Assembly: GCA_964016885.1 (NCBI GenBank)
Contig: OZ024741.1
Coordinates: 234,670,001-234,734,000, forward strand
Reading direction: 5' to 3'
DNA: 64,000 nucleotides
Origin: Eledone cirrhosa
Lineage: Eukaryota
Part shown: piece by piece, positions 23,998 through 36,517 of the stretch
Numbering within the stretch: position 1 is the first letter of the stretch
How the letters are laid out: each line of letters opens with the position of its first letter
Position numbers and translations under genes: made by a program
Notes under the pieces: model-generated
What the model saw: only the letters and a program-made list of their open reading frames with translations
Databases searched by the model: none
Told to the model about the DNA's origin: nothing

Positions 23998-26099
23998 CTT
24001 GGCAGATAGAAGAAACGACAGAACTTTGCTTCTTTCTCAATAACAAAATTAAATACCCTATTAATAATTACAGAACTATTTATAATTAAAACAATCTTTC
24101 TTTTCTTATTTTTTTTTTCAATTCTGGGTTCTCTTAAAATATTCTGACCCTCTTATTCAATATAATTGTTAATTATATATATATATATATACATATATTC
24201 CTTGTTATCAAAAGTGGGAAGATTCTAGCAAATAAAGTATTGGAAACTCTTGAGAATATCTTTGGGAATTAGTTCACTCCAAGACGAATTCAGAACTATT
24301 TTGGCAATGACTTCTATCGTCTTGAATCAATACAAACAGAAGATTCTTCAGTAAGTGGAATCAATGTTGTTCCTGTGAAGACAATAACTAAGAAATATGT
24401 TAAGAGACAGAGTTTTTCTTTGGTAATTAATTTGTCAATAAAGAAAGAAGACAAATTGCTATTTTTAAAAATATAATAATAGCAATAATAACGACTTCTT
24501 TAATACACACAAGTCATTAATAATAATAATAATACTAACAATGTCTTACTGAGGTTTGGGTAAGACCTGGATAAGTAGAATGAAGTGTTGAAGGACACTA
24601 AATATTAACCCTGCACTACATTAATGATAATAATAATGATTTGGTTGGGTGTTTTTCAGTAGGAACACCGCCAAAATTTAGTATGGAGGGGACAGAAATG
24701 AGTGAATCGATTCCAGTATATATTACTGGTACTCAATTTCTCGCCTTTGAGGAGGGATGAATGAAAGGCAATGTTGTTACCTCCCCCACTATGTGGACAG
24801 GTGAAAATTGAACTCGTTATAGGTGAGACACTAAGCTAGATACAATGAAAGCATCTATGTTAGCTTTCTAACAACTGCACCACCCACGTAATAGTAGTAG
24901 TAGCAGTAGTGGTGGTAGTAGTAATCAACAAAAATACAAATGAGCTACAACTATGAAAAAAAATTCAAATGCGAAAGAAACCCCAACAAACTAGGTATGG
25001 AGAGAGAAACAGAAGCCTTAACTTGACAAGACAAACTGAAAATAATTGCTGACTAAAATATGAACTTTTCCTTCCCCAGGGGTAATTTGAGAGGATGGAT
25101 AGGGAGAGAGATCAGATTAGGTGCATTTAGTGTGGTGTTTGTTGTTGCTGTTATTCCTGTTAACATCCCCCACAGCAAAAAGCGCAGTAAAATAGATATT
25201 AATGGAGTCTGTGTATATATACATACATATATATATATAGATACATAGATATATAAATGTATGTGTGTATATGTGCACAGCTAGCTCTGTGAGTATATAC
25301 ACACAAACTCCTAATTTGCAGTTTGCTGTTATATCCCCCAAGTGTTACTAGGTTCAACAATGAAAGTTCATGTTGGGTTGTTAAACAGTTTTATTGACAG
25401 CCTCACCTTGAGACAGCAGAAAACAACATAGATCTGTGGAGGGCATGTTAACTAATAAAACATAACTTTGTTAAAAGTGTGTTAACTAGGTCCCTACTTT
25501 AGTTTCAAACATTTGTCAGGCTTTCTAACAATATTGCTACTGTTCTCATACAATATTGTTAGCTCTCCATAACAGGAATGCCAAACAGATAGAGACTAGT
25601 TGGTTCTTTAACACAGCAGTTATTATTATTATTATTATTGTTGTTACTATTAATAACAAGAATAATGATTTCTAACATAGGCCCAAGGACTACAAATTTT
25701 TGGGGCAGGAGGAAATGAGAGGGGAGGGAAGAGGTGGTATAATTGAACCCTAGTATTTGACTGGTATTTCTTTTTTTTTAACAACCCTGGCACAATTGAT
25801 TTGTCATCATGTGTTCTCACGCAATAACAAGTTAAATAATAATGATAATGATAACAATAACATTGATGAACTGACCTATAATATTAGTTAATAATAATAA
25901 TAATAATAATAATGAAAGTAATGCCTAGTGTGATATATAAATGCTATTATTGTTTGTATCACTGTGAGAAAGCCATGTTTGTACAGGCATTTGCAGCATA
26001 TCTGGTGATGGTATTATTGTGATTAAAATTATGCTTAACAGAAACTGATGTCATTATTACCATTGTAACTACTGTTTTAGTGGAGGTTAATATTGTTAT

Positions 26100-26680
26100 G
26101 ACTACAATAGATACAAAGGAAGAATGTATTTGTTATTGTTATCTGAGACCTACAATGTCTGGTTCTGTATCTGGCGATATCTTTATTAACACTTGTTCAT
26201 GAGAAATTGAAGCAGATATCATTAAAGACAGACTTACAATGATGACTGTTTGTTGATATCTTTATCACTAATAGAGTTTCCATTCAATAAAACCTGAAGC
26301 TGATATTGTCATCAAAGACCTACAATAACTTTTTTTTGCCTCTTGATGTTGATATCACCACTAAAGTCAATGCTCACGAGAAAGTGATTGTTATCAGAGT
26401 CTACAATTACTGTCTGTTGATATCGATATCACCAAGAATTCACTCAAGTGAAGCCGATATTGTTATCAGAGACTAGAATGATTGTCTGTTAATATTGATA
26501 TCACCACCAGAGACCCTCAAGTGAAGCCGACATTGTTACGAGAGACTTACAAAACTTTTTCTGTGTCTGTTGATATTGTTATCAGAGATAATTATTATTG
26601 TTTAAAGTAAACTGACATGGTTATCACCACAACAACTGCTGTTCAATATCAACTGATATTGTTATCATAATCAGTTATTT
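26100..26680. repeat. Old degenerate tandem array of ~70-bp units
   Basis: Recurring gatattgttatcagagac.tacaat and tgttgatatc. Confidence 0.6.
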
Positions 26681-26918
26681 TTACAACTTCAATGATACTT
26701 TGTTGGAGCAAAAATCTCTCTCTTTATATATATAATCTATGTATGCTATAGTACAGCTGATACTATTGCGATCAGCAAAATCATTAAAGGAAATAGTAAT
26801 TTATTTGTTAATTAGAGACACAGATCATAATTAAGCATGCTAATTCTATAATTGAAATTTGAAGCTTGTTATCTAAACAAGGCAGTATATCAATTAAATA
26901 AATCTCCAACCACTGATG

Positions 26919-26959
<41 letters not shown>

Positions 26960-27058
26960 GTTTGATATTAGTTTGTGTTGCTATGGTTGCTGTTAGGGAA
27001 AAAAACAAAAACTTTTGCACGCAACTAATGTGTTGCGTTGTGGCCAGAAAGACTTTAC

Positions 27059-27269
27059 CACGCAAGTCAAGGTGTCATCATGAACCAGTAGGGAGTAAAA
27101 AGGATGCAGTCACCAGTAAACCTGGTTATACATCCCCCTCTGTGTTGTTTTTACACAGAATACATTGAATATCCACCATATTAGTTGTTCGCTTTGAATA
27201 CTCAGCCACGATCATGGCTGCATTTTATCACGCATTTTCCCCGGTGTCCAGACATCACAGTATCACCAT
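27059..27269 (-). other. Candidate 5' UTR exon of the 22651-23997 gene
   Basis: Strong minus-strand acceptor tttctttatctcttcccaacag| at 27270; possible donor tg|gtaaag at 27058. Confidence 0.4.
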
Positions 27270-27346
27270 CTGTTGGGAAGAGATAAAGAAATAAATTAAA
27301 CAGAAGTAGAGGCGGACGAGAGGAGAACTGTATATGTGTGTGTGTG

Positions 27347-27379
<33 letters not shown>

Positions 27380-27929
27380 TAAAAAAAAAAACATTTTTAT
27401 TATAATTATACATATATTACATACACACATACATACAAAAGCCTATAAATGATGTGGTTTTCCACATCCCCCAAATCCAATTGTACAAGATTTGTAAAAA
27501 ATCACAAAGATTCTCCCTTTGAGTTTTGTAGAATAAACATGTACTCAACATCACATATGTGAATACACACACATACATACTAATATACATACTTATAAGT
27601 ATTAGAACTACAGTTATATTTCAAGTAATCAGACTTTTTATGAGACAAATATATATATATACACCAGGTCCGAATACAAAAGAACCAAACTCCCACTGTC
27701 ATTACCAACCACTTCACAGAGTGTACTGGGTGTGTATATCATGTAGATAACAAACACTAGGGAGGTTGTTGTACTCTTGACACAATCATAGAATCCTCTG
27801 TAAATGTATTAGTGTAGGATATGTGTGGATTGATATATTTGCATTCATGTTACGAGTCTAGATGTCCCTTTAGTAAATATGTGTGTGTGTGTGGTTACCT
27901 TTTAGGTATAAGTAAAAAGGTATCTACAC

Positions 27930-28490
27930 ACATGTACTGCCTAACGCAGCTTCATCGTTTTGCTGACTTCCTAAAAGGTTTGGGAGGGCATTAAAATGGA
28001 TGTTATTTACCTCGACTTCAGCAAGGCCTCTGACAGGGTCAATCACAACTTCCTGTTGAAGAAACTATCCAAATTGAAGTTTGTGGAAAGCTACTGCTTT
28101 GGATTAAATGTTTCTTGACAAACAGATAAGTTTGGTAGAAGGAATACGATCAAGTTCAGCCTAAGTCAGTAGTGGAGTCCCTCAAGGAACAGAGTAGGAC
28201 CTACTTTTTTTCATTATGTACATAAATGACATTATAGATGTCATCAAGCACAGCAAGATAAGAATTTTTGCAGATGATTCCAAGCTTCAGTAGGTCATCA
28301 ACGAAGTGGGAGACTGGACATTCTTTCAATTGGATCTTTTCACTATTATCCAATGGGCGACAAAAAACAATATGCTATTAAATGAGGATAAATTTGAATT
28401 GATCCCCCTTGGAAAAGAGGATGTGCTGAACTTACCATATTTTCTACCCTCGGGTGAAACCCTTGTCGCATCAAACAATACTAGTTTTAA
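27930..28490 (+). mobile_element. CR1/Jockey-like reverse transcriptase fragment
   Basis: DVIYLDFSKA, SGVPQG, MYIND..IFADDSKL with stops. Confidence 0.78.
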
Positions 28491-28554
28491 GTGAAGGGAT
28501 GAAGAGGCTGTGCTGTGGTTATGGAGATAAATAGTGGCAAGTGGGCAAGTTAAA

Positions 28555-28760
28555 AATAATGGTTTCCAATCATGGAGGAGGGGTGAGTTGGTTAAATTGA
28601 CCAGTATTTGACAAGTACTTTATTTTATCGGCCTGTGGAAAGATGAAAGGCAAAGTTAATCTCAGTAGGATTTAAACTCAGAACGTAAAGAACCAGAACA
28701 AATACCCTAAGTTATTTTCCAGACACTTTAATGACTCTAATACCAATCATTCTTCCCTTC
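28555..28760 (-). mobile_element. tRNA-derived SINE, main family
   Basis: gatgaaaggcaaagttaatctcagtaggatttaaactcagaacgtaaag. Confidence 0.7.
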
Positions 28761-31074
28761 ACCACATAACTAATATTAATTAATTAGATACCACCACCTC
28801 CTGCAGCATTAACTTAGTTGTTTTCACATAGATAGTGTCTATGGGGAATTTCACTCAGTCATTTCAATGTATATACAAGATGGGAAGAAATACCTATAGG
28901 AGTAGTTGATGGTTTCTGTTAGTGTATGGTGGTGGGGGTGAGAATAAGATGTTGTTTAGCCACAGGTCAGGCCCAATTGAGCAGTTTGATGATCAAAGGA
29001 GTTCTATTAGTTGCACTATTTTGTATTTGGAGGACACTTCAGTTGTGTCAAGGATATGACATTTTACCAAGTGCTGGTGATCTACAAGAGAAACGTACTC
29101 AGTATACACTGTAAAGTGATTAGTGATAGGAAGGGCATCCAACCAAAGAATGCTTGCCAAACAAAGGTTTGGGAGACCTCTTCAGTTGTATCAAAACACA
29201 ACAGCTTTCATAGTGCTGATGCCTTGATAAAAAGCGCTTGGTAGAGTGTGGGACTATGTAAGCGAAGAATGCAAGTGCCCAGCCTATCTGGGATATCAGT
29301 AGATGCACTTCAGTACTAACATGGTCTGTGAAGACCTGCCCAAACCTTGCTAGCAGGGAAAGTAGACGTTAAATGATAATGACATTGATGTTGATGATGA
29401 TGAATATCTTCTAATATGTTTTCTTTTCTCATTTTACATTGAATTGAATGTAATTTCTAGCAGGTTAAGTGGCCATATAGGGGCTCTATCTTGCATTGGC
29501 TTGTATATCTCATTGTTGTTTTTGTTATTGTTTAGCCCCAGGTTAAATTTGATCAAAGATACCTATGCTAATAGGTATCCTTTCTCCACCTATGTGCAGA
29601 GTACAGTAGGACACTACAGCTGTATCAATGACATGATCCCCCACCCAGTGTTGGTGTCATGATCAAATGCACTTGGTAGAACGTGGGAACATCTTTGTAG
29701 CTACATTTGAGTACTGACTTCATTTGTGGAGACCCATCAAACCCTTGCTAGCATGGAAAATGAATATCAAATGATATATTTCTAAGAATATTGGGTATGA
29801 TATAATAGAGATGTGACTGTTACTACTAGCAGCTCAAGTCACTATGTAGAGTCTGTCACAGTCAGTAACTGCTATGGGGTTAACATATTTTGTTTAGATA
29901 AATGATTCTAAGCCAAGCTTTGTAAGCCTCCTTTTTGGCTTGGATGGCATCTTTGAATATTTGATTGAACCAAGGGGTCCTCCTCTCACCCGGTGCTAAA
30001 CTAAGTCGCTTGTGCCCATATAATTCAACAGCTGAAGCAGACACACATCACACACGTCATACACATACTACACACATCACACACATATACACAGTACATA
30101 TTTCACACACACGTGCACAGGTGTGTGTAATTGACCACTATCTGATGATGAGTACTCCAGTTCTGTGGCCAAAGGAACAGCCTGCATGTGAAATTAACAT
30201 GCATGTGTTTGAACATTCCATAGATATGTGTACCATTAACATAGTTCTCAGGGAAATTCAGCACCTCAGTGTGTATTACAGGTACAATTCAATTTTTTCA
30301 GATGAGTGGGCAGCAACACAAAATAAAATGTCTTGCTTAAGGATACAACACGGGAATTACACTCATGATCTTACAATCATGAGCTGAATACTCTAACCAC
30401 TAATCCATGTGCTGTCACACACACAGAAAAACATACTACGTGCCACACATACTGCACACATCATACACATACCTGTACTAAACAGAACACATGCAGACAT
30501 ACATAAGACACTGAAAATAACCCACAATTATATGCACACTGAAGTCCATATGTAAACAGAGACACCCATAAACAGCAGCCAAATCTCCTTCAGGTTACAC
30601 TGTCTTATAAAAAACAAAAATTGGATAGTATTGTCAAGGTTGGAATATATTTGATCATAGGTTTGTGAAATAAGGATGTGTTGGAGCTAAATTACAGCAT
30701 ACATAAACAGCCAAGAACCTCTGAGCCAGCAAGTAAGCCTCGATGTGGTTGCTCAACCAGCACCCAAATATCCCACAAATCAGTAGATACAGTCTGTCTG
30801 AAGAAAAAAGGATGGGATGGTCACACATGGGATGTATTGGATTACAGGTGTTCTCTAACATGGTTGACCTGGTGTCAAACAGCAACAACCATCGGTGTCT
30901 TTAATAGGGTCCACTGTTGCAAGATTTTGAGTCTTGTCTCTGGTTTGAGGATAGCTTCCACCTTCTTGGAGGTCCTGAAAGAGAGCACTGCTCTTCCCTC
31001 TCCATCTAAACAATATATCAATCACGTTCCTACAACTGGTGCAGCCAGTCATTGGGGCACCACTCAAGACACTT

Positions 31075-31748
31075 TCGCAGTCAGCCATTGCCATAGGTCT
31101 CAATTATTCATCATACATAAAGGGGACTTGGTGTTGTTACCAGTTGTCTTTGATGTTGTTGAACCAGGATTTTTTTTGTCTACCTCTTCTTCGCCCTGTG
31201 CTCTGAAGAATGGTTTTAGACAAGGTGTGGCAGGATAAATGGACCATACCAGGCAAACTTCTGTCTTTTCACCATCGCAAGAAGTTGTTCCTGTTTACCT
31301 GCATATATGTTAACTTGCTGTCTGATGAAGCTCTTTGTTATGTGCTCTGTGTGTAAGATGTGTGGCAACCCTCTGAAGCACTTGTGCTCAAATGACTGGA
31401 TTCTTCGTTTCATGTCAGCTGTGAGAGTCCAACTCTCTCACACACACAAAAGGACTGAAGTCACCAAGGACTTGCATACTTTGAGCTTCATTGGAAAACT
31501 GATGGAGTTGCTTTTCCATATGACATTCAGCTTTACCATGACAAAGATCTGCCGTCTTTGGCCAGAGTGGATCCTAGGTACTTGAAAATGTCCACTTTTT
31601 CAAGTCTCCTTCCATCCAGTATGATGTGGGTTGCTATATTCTGATTATTTCTATTATCCAGAATCTTGCTCTCTTCTGAGTTGATTTCCATTCTGTACAC
31701 TTCTAATACTTTTTCTAGCTCCTGGAGTTCTTCTTCACTGCTTCCTAA
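31075..31748 (-). mobile_element. RTE-type LINE 3' fragment
   Basis: LEKVDIFKYLGSTL; RRIQSFEHKCFR..VKRQKFAWYG. Confidence 0.75.
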
Positions 31749-31959
31749 TATATATATACACACACACATGTATTATTGACAGACATAAGAATGAGTACTC
31801 AATACTGAAGTAGAGTTTTATTCATTTATTATTGCTAAGTGGTGAGCCTTGTCCCTCTCGAGTTTCACTCCTTAGCCACAGCAATATATACATACCCCTA
31901 CTCCATCATCCTACACCACCCTTTCTCTGAAAAGTTATGTTGGTACCACAGAACATCCA

Positions 31960-32232
31960 GTCCATACTGTAAAGTGGTCATGTAGGTGTCATGACAAAAA
32001 GCATCCAGTCCACACTGTAAAGTGGTTGTGTAGGAGACACAGTAAAAGGCTCCCAGTCCACACTATAAATGTGGTTGGTGTTAGGAAGGGCATCGAGCTG
32101 TAGAAAACCTGCCAGAAACAGTTCCATATGAGCGAGACACAGTCACCTGACCAGTCTTGCCTCAAGTGGAACAATCCCATCTAACCCATGCTAGCGTGGA
32201 AGATAGGCGTTAAACGATGATGATGATGATAT
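31960..32232 (+). mobile_element. Short retroposon ending gcgttaaac(gat)n; reverse copies at 47875-48130 and 56810-57050
   Basis: Shared gtggttggtgttaggaagggcatc..gctgtagaaa core and (gat)n tail. Confidence 0.65.
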
Positions 32233-32250
32233 ACACATATATATATATAC

Positions 32251-32632
32251 CCAGGGAGTGTAACGTGGAGTTACTGTAGGTTCACCCGGGTGAGCACTCG
32301 ATGTTTAGGTTCACTTCTGTGTCGAGGTGTAGAGCTAAACAGAGTGTAGTATAATAAAATAAAACAGGGACGAGTGGTTACTCCTTCATTATGTTTATTG
32401 GTTGGTGACATGCGTTTCGCCACCGATCAGCTCAAGGTTCGATCTGTATTGATCTAGCCCGACTCTGTAATGGCTGGTCAAGCTTTCATTATCACTAAGG
32501 GCTCTGACGCGCTATGGATTACAGAGTCGTGCTAGATCGATACAGATCGAACCTTGAGCTGATCGGTGGCGAAACGTGCGTCACCAACCAATAAACGTAA
32601 TGGAGGAGTAACCACTCGTCCTCGTTTTATTT

Positions 32633-32639
<7 letters not shown>
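32251..32639. mobile_element. Inverted-repeat element with degenerate hammerhead and a one-sided ~100-bp tail
   Basis: Arms 32350-32471 and 32518-32639; ctgacgc...gaaacgtgcgtc followed by AATAAA; homologous to 35036-35470 in opposite orientation. Confidence 0.65.
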
Positions 32640-32682
<43 letters not shown>

Positions 32683-32742
32683 CGTAAGATAAGAAAATTA
32701 TAAAATTATAAAAAAATTATAAAATTGACTTACTAAAATATC

Positions 32743-32823
32743 ACTTCCAACTAATTAGTTTCTGGAATGGAGTAAATATATTTTCCGAAGAACATATAGA
32801 AAAGCATTCCGTCGTCAGGAAAT
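32743..32823 (-). ncRNA. Inverted copy of the extended-stem-II hammerhead
   Basis: Same core on the minus strand; stem II capped by c-ttcg-g; helix I about 4 bp. Confidence 0.68.
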
Positions 32824-33091
32824 CTTATCTCCAACTCATTTGTCGAGCAATATTGGCCATGACTGCTGCTATAGTAGTAAGCAGGCCGCTGTCTTATTAA
32901 CAACTCGCTTTCCACTGATTGACCTCGATGTCACGTGATTGATTCTTTTTGAATTTGCCACGGACGTAGAGACAGTGATTTTCTCAATGGCTAGGATTTC
33001 AGTCCACGCTTCGCTATTTCCTCTCCACTGAATTATTTTTTAAATAAGTTTCCAGAGTCCTCGCTATGCCTGGAAACTTACATGAAAAGAG

Positions 33092-33173
33092 ACTTTCCTG
33101 ACGACGGAATGCTTTTCTATATGTTCTTCAGAAAATATATTTACTCCATTCCAGAAACTAATTAGTTGGAAGT
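33092..33173 (+). ncRNA. Type I hammerhead ribozyme motif with extended stem II
   Basis: actttc-CTGACGA-c-GGAATG...CATTCC-a-GAAAC-taatta-GTT|ggaagt; palindromic stem-loop III aactaattagtt. Confidence 0.75.
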
Positions 33174-33356
33174 GATATTTTAGTAAGTAAGTCAATTTTA
33201 TAATTTTTTTATAATTTTATAATTTTCTTATCTTACGTCTCATATTATTGTTTTGCAACCCCATGCATTGAACCACAATGTTACTAAGACAAAACCTATA
33301 TATTTGCTAGCATTGATATGCATCTGTATGTATATAAATGTTACTAGATATAAATT

Positions 33357-33425
<69 letters not shown>

Positions 33426-33679
33426 AAAAGAGTCAGGACCCTGACGGCTGAGCTCTGGCCATTTCGACAGCTAGTTCTGAACTAACCCAGCAGTATACCT
33501 TAAGTATCGAGTACTCTGGTGCGTTATGGTCCACCTGGTTCCTTACCACACTTTCTTTGTTATATATATATATATAAGATGGCCAACTGAATTTCTTATA
33601 CCAAAACACTGAATTCAACAGTTTCTCAAGAGATGGCAACCTGAACAGACCAGCTTTTTCTCTCTCCTCTTTTCTTTTT

Positions 33680-34630
33680 CACCCACTTATTCCTGAGAGG
33701 GTCGTGGGGTCAGAGTCCTTACACTTCTTCCAGTAGGTCCTGTCAGAAGCAACCATCTTAAACTGATCTAGCTGGAGCCCCAAGCTTGACCAGCCAAGCT
33801 CATGGATGTTATCCAACCAAACTATCTTGCTCAGGGTCTACCCCTGGGTCTCTTGTCAGTTGGTTTTGCCTGTAAAATTCCATTTCGACCGCTTGTATTC
33901 ATAATCGTATTCTTTCAGTCATTACCCTAGACTCATGACCATAGGTAAGGGCTGGCACAAAAACCGAATTGAAGATAGCGAGTTTGGCTTTTACGCCTAC
34001 CTCCCTTCTGATTAATGAATGGTAGAGCTGGCACATTACTGCACCAGCTTTTGCAATTTTTGCACTTAATTCCACCTCCTGCCTTCCATCACTTATGAAC
34101 ACTGTCCCGAGATACTTGAACTTGTCTATCTGCTTCAGTGGAACTCCATTCACATGTAGCGTGCACTGCACAGCCTTCCACATCAGGTCCCGAGGAACAC
34201 AATATATGCCTTTTCAAGGTCGACAAAACAAGAATACACTTCTTGGCAATACTCCCACGATTTCTCGAAAATCTGTCGTAGTGTGAATATTTGGTGGGCT
34301 GTGCTGTTTCCTGGGTGAAAACATCACAATTCATCAGCTAGCTTGGACTCGACAATCTCCCTGCATCTCTTTGCCAGACACTTACTGGGGAGGCTTAACA
34401 AGGAGATCCCTCTGTAATTGGAACAATCTCTCGTCTCCCTTTTTGAAAATTGGGATTATCACTCCCGATTGGCATTGCTTCAAGAGATCCAGGCTACCCG
34501 GCACACACAAGTCAGCCAGAGAATACCGTCTCTATTTAAGGCTTTTAACATCTCAGGCCGGATTTCATCTTCCCTAGTGGCTTTGCATTATTTGAGGTCT
34601 TTAACTGCTCTTGCGACCTCAGCCTCTATC
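33680..34630 (-). mobile_element. RTE-type LINE fragments
   Basis: LKQIDKFKYLGTVF..PALTYGHES; upstream W..GVIIPIFKKGD motif. Confidence 0.78.
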
Positions 34631-34773
34631 TTTCTATTTCTTCTTTAATTTCTTATTCTATTTCTGATATATCAAGCATAAAACTAATATATTTGTTCAT
34701 TGTACTGTGTCATTTGCTTTGTTATTTCGGCTTATTTTTTGTGTATGAGTGTGTGTGTGTGTATATATATATA

Positions 34774-34807
<34 letters not shown>

Positions 34808-34809
34808 GT

Positions 34810-35035
34810 ACTAATCATTTCTACTATAGGCACAAGGCCAGCAATTTTTTTTTAGGGGGGGGGGGGGTAATCGACCCCGGTGCATTAATGACTTCGTAAC
34901 GGTGCTTTATTGACTTCGTAAGGATGAAAAGTAAAGTTAACTTCGGCAGGATTTGAACTTAAAACGCAAAGGGCCGTAACTCTATGTCACGAAGCATGTT
35001 GTCCGACTCTCTACCGATACTGCCAATCTACAGAA
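34810..35035 (-). mobile_element. tRNA-derived SINE, main family
   Basis: ggcacaaggccagcaatt..aggatgaaaagtaaagttaac..ctgccaatc. Confidence 0.75.
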
Positions 35036-35470
35036 ATAATAAGTATGGAAGAGATGTCAGAATATCATTAAGTGTATCCAGGTGTGGCGCGCGTTTCGCG
35101 ATTGATCAACTCAAATTTCGATCTCTATCGATTAGGCCCGACCCTGGAATCAAAAGCCCATCAGACTTCTGTTGCTTAATGATTGCAAATGAATGAGAAC
35201 GGATATCATTTTTTAAGATGTACGGGCGACATTCCGTCATTAAACAAACAGAAGACTGATGAGCTTTTGATTCCATCAGTAGAGATCGAACCTTGAGCTG
35301 ATCAATCGCGAATCGTGCGCCACACCTGAATAAACTTGATAAAAATTTGACACCGCGTTCATACTTATTACTATTGCACTCTGCTTAGTGCACCACGAAA
35401 GTACCTACTGGAAACTACGCATCGAGTGCTCATTTTGGTGAACCAACAGTAACTTGACGTTACAATCCTA
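35036..35470. mobile_element. Second copy of the tailed inverted-repeat family
   Basis: Arms about 35036-35181 and 35238-35370; shares gatcgaaccttgagctgatc and tail atcgagtgctc...gtaac..cgttaca with the 32251 element. Confidence 0.65.
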
Positions 35471-36417
35471 AACTCTCTACATATCTATATAAAAACAGTA
35501 AAGAAACAAACAAATACTTATATCCACATGTTTTACATAAGCTAAAATATATATACACAAACGTACAAACAAAACAACGCTAAATCTTGCCATGGATATT
35601 ATTAAGAAGGGAGGGGCCCGTGTCCAACAACATCACGACCCCACACTCCAGATACAGGTGAGATACACATATATACAAGCTCTACACTGTACACACATTT
35701 TACACATTAAGAAACCATTCGTAAACATTTAACGTGTGTTTATACTCATATAGACATGCGTTCTGAGTATATGGATGGACTTCAATTTGTAAAGACGGTG
35801 GGAAATCTAAGTTCGGTAGTTTAAAAAACACGAGGCTGTGTATTGAAATAGAATCACAAGATTTGAGTGGATGAAAACTATGAACGCATTAAATGAATAC
35901 ACATTACTATACTTATTACACATGCACGTATATATATATATATATATATAACAACAAGAAAACTAATATCAATGTGTTAACAGAGCGGTGGACTGAGGGG
36001 GAGAGAGAGAAAGACAAAGATGATGAGAGTGATGGTGGCTAGTTCCATAAGTGAGAGGAACCATTAAGAAGGGACATGACGGAAAGCAAGCAGGCCTCCA
36101 CACACCCACTTTCGAACAGTCGTGATGATATACAGCCGTTAATGGACTAACGGCCATTCTACTTCTAGCCTTAGTCTCTCGCTGTCAGTATACCTCTCCT
36201 CTTTGAAATGTGTGCGCGCGCGCGCGAATAAAGATGCATACGAATGTCTATGCGTTCCTGTGTGTTTATATGCGGACAAATATATACATATATATAATTG
36301 TAAATGAGTTTATGAATAAAGATGTATAAGAGTGTCTGTATGAGTAACCTCCAGACAACACCATTGTTAAAAAAAAAGGACAAACGTACTTTAGAGAATT
36401 CAGTAAATGGCGTGAGC

Positions 36418-36517
36418 GGTGGGTGGATGTGTTTAAATTGACAGACAACTGAGGTGGGTGGATGTGTTTAAATTGACAGACAACTGAAGTGGGTGGATGG
36501 GTTTAAATAGCAGACAG
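36418..36517. repeat. 35-bp tandem repeat x3
   Basis: ggtgggtggatgtgtttaaattgacagacaactga. Confidence 0.85.

Larger units (their letters stand above)
32679..33242. mobile_element. Inverted-repeat element with ~145-bp arms and ~270-bp spacer; Penelope-like pLTR remnant
   Basis: Arms about 32679-32822 and 33094-33242 are almost identical reverse complements; hammerhead in both; left end at (TA)n. Confidence 0.7.
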
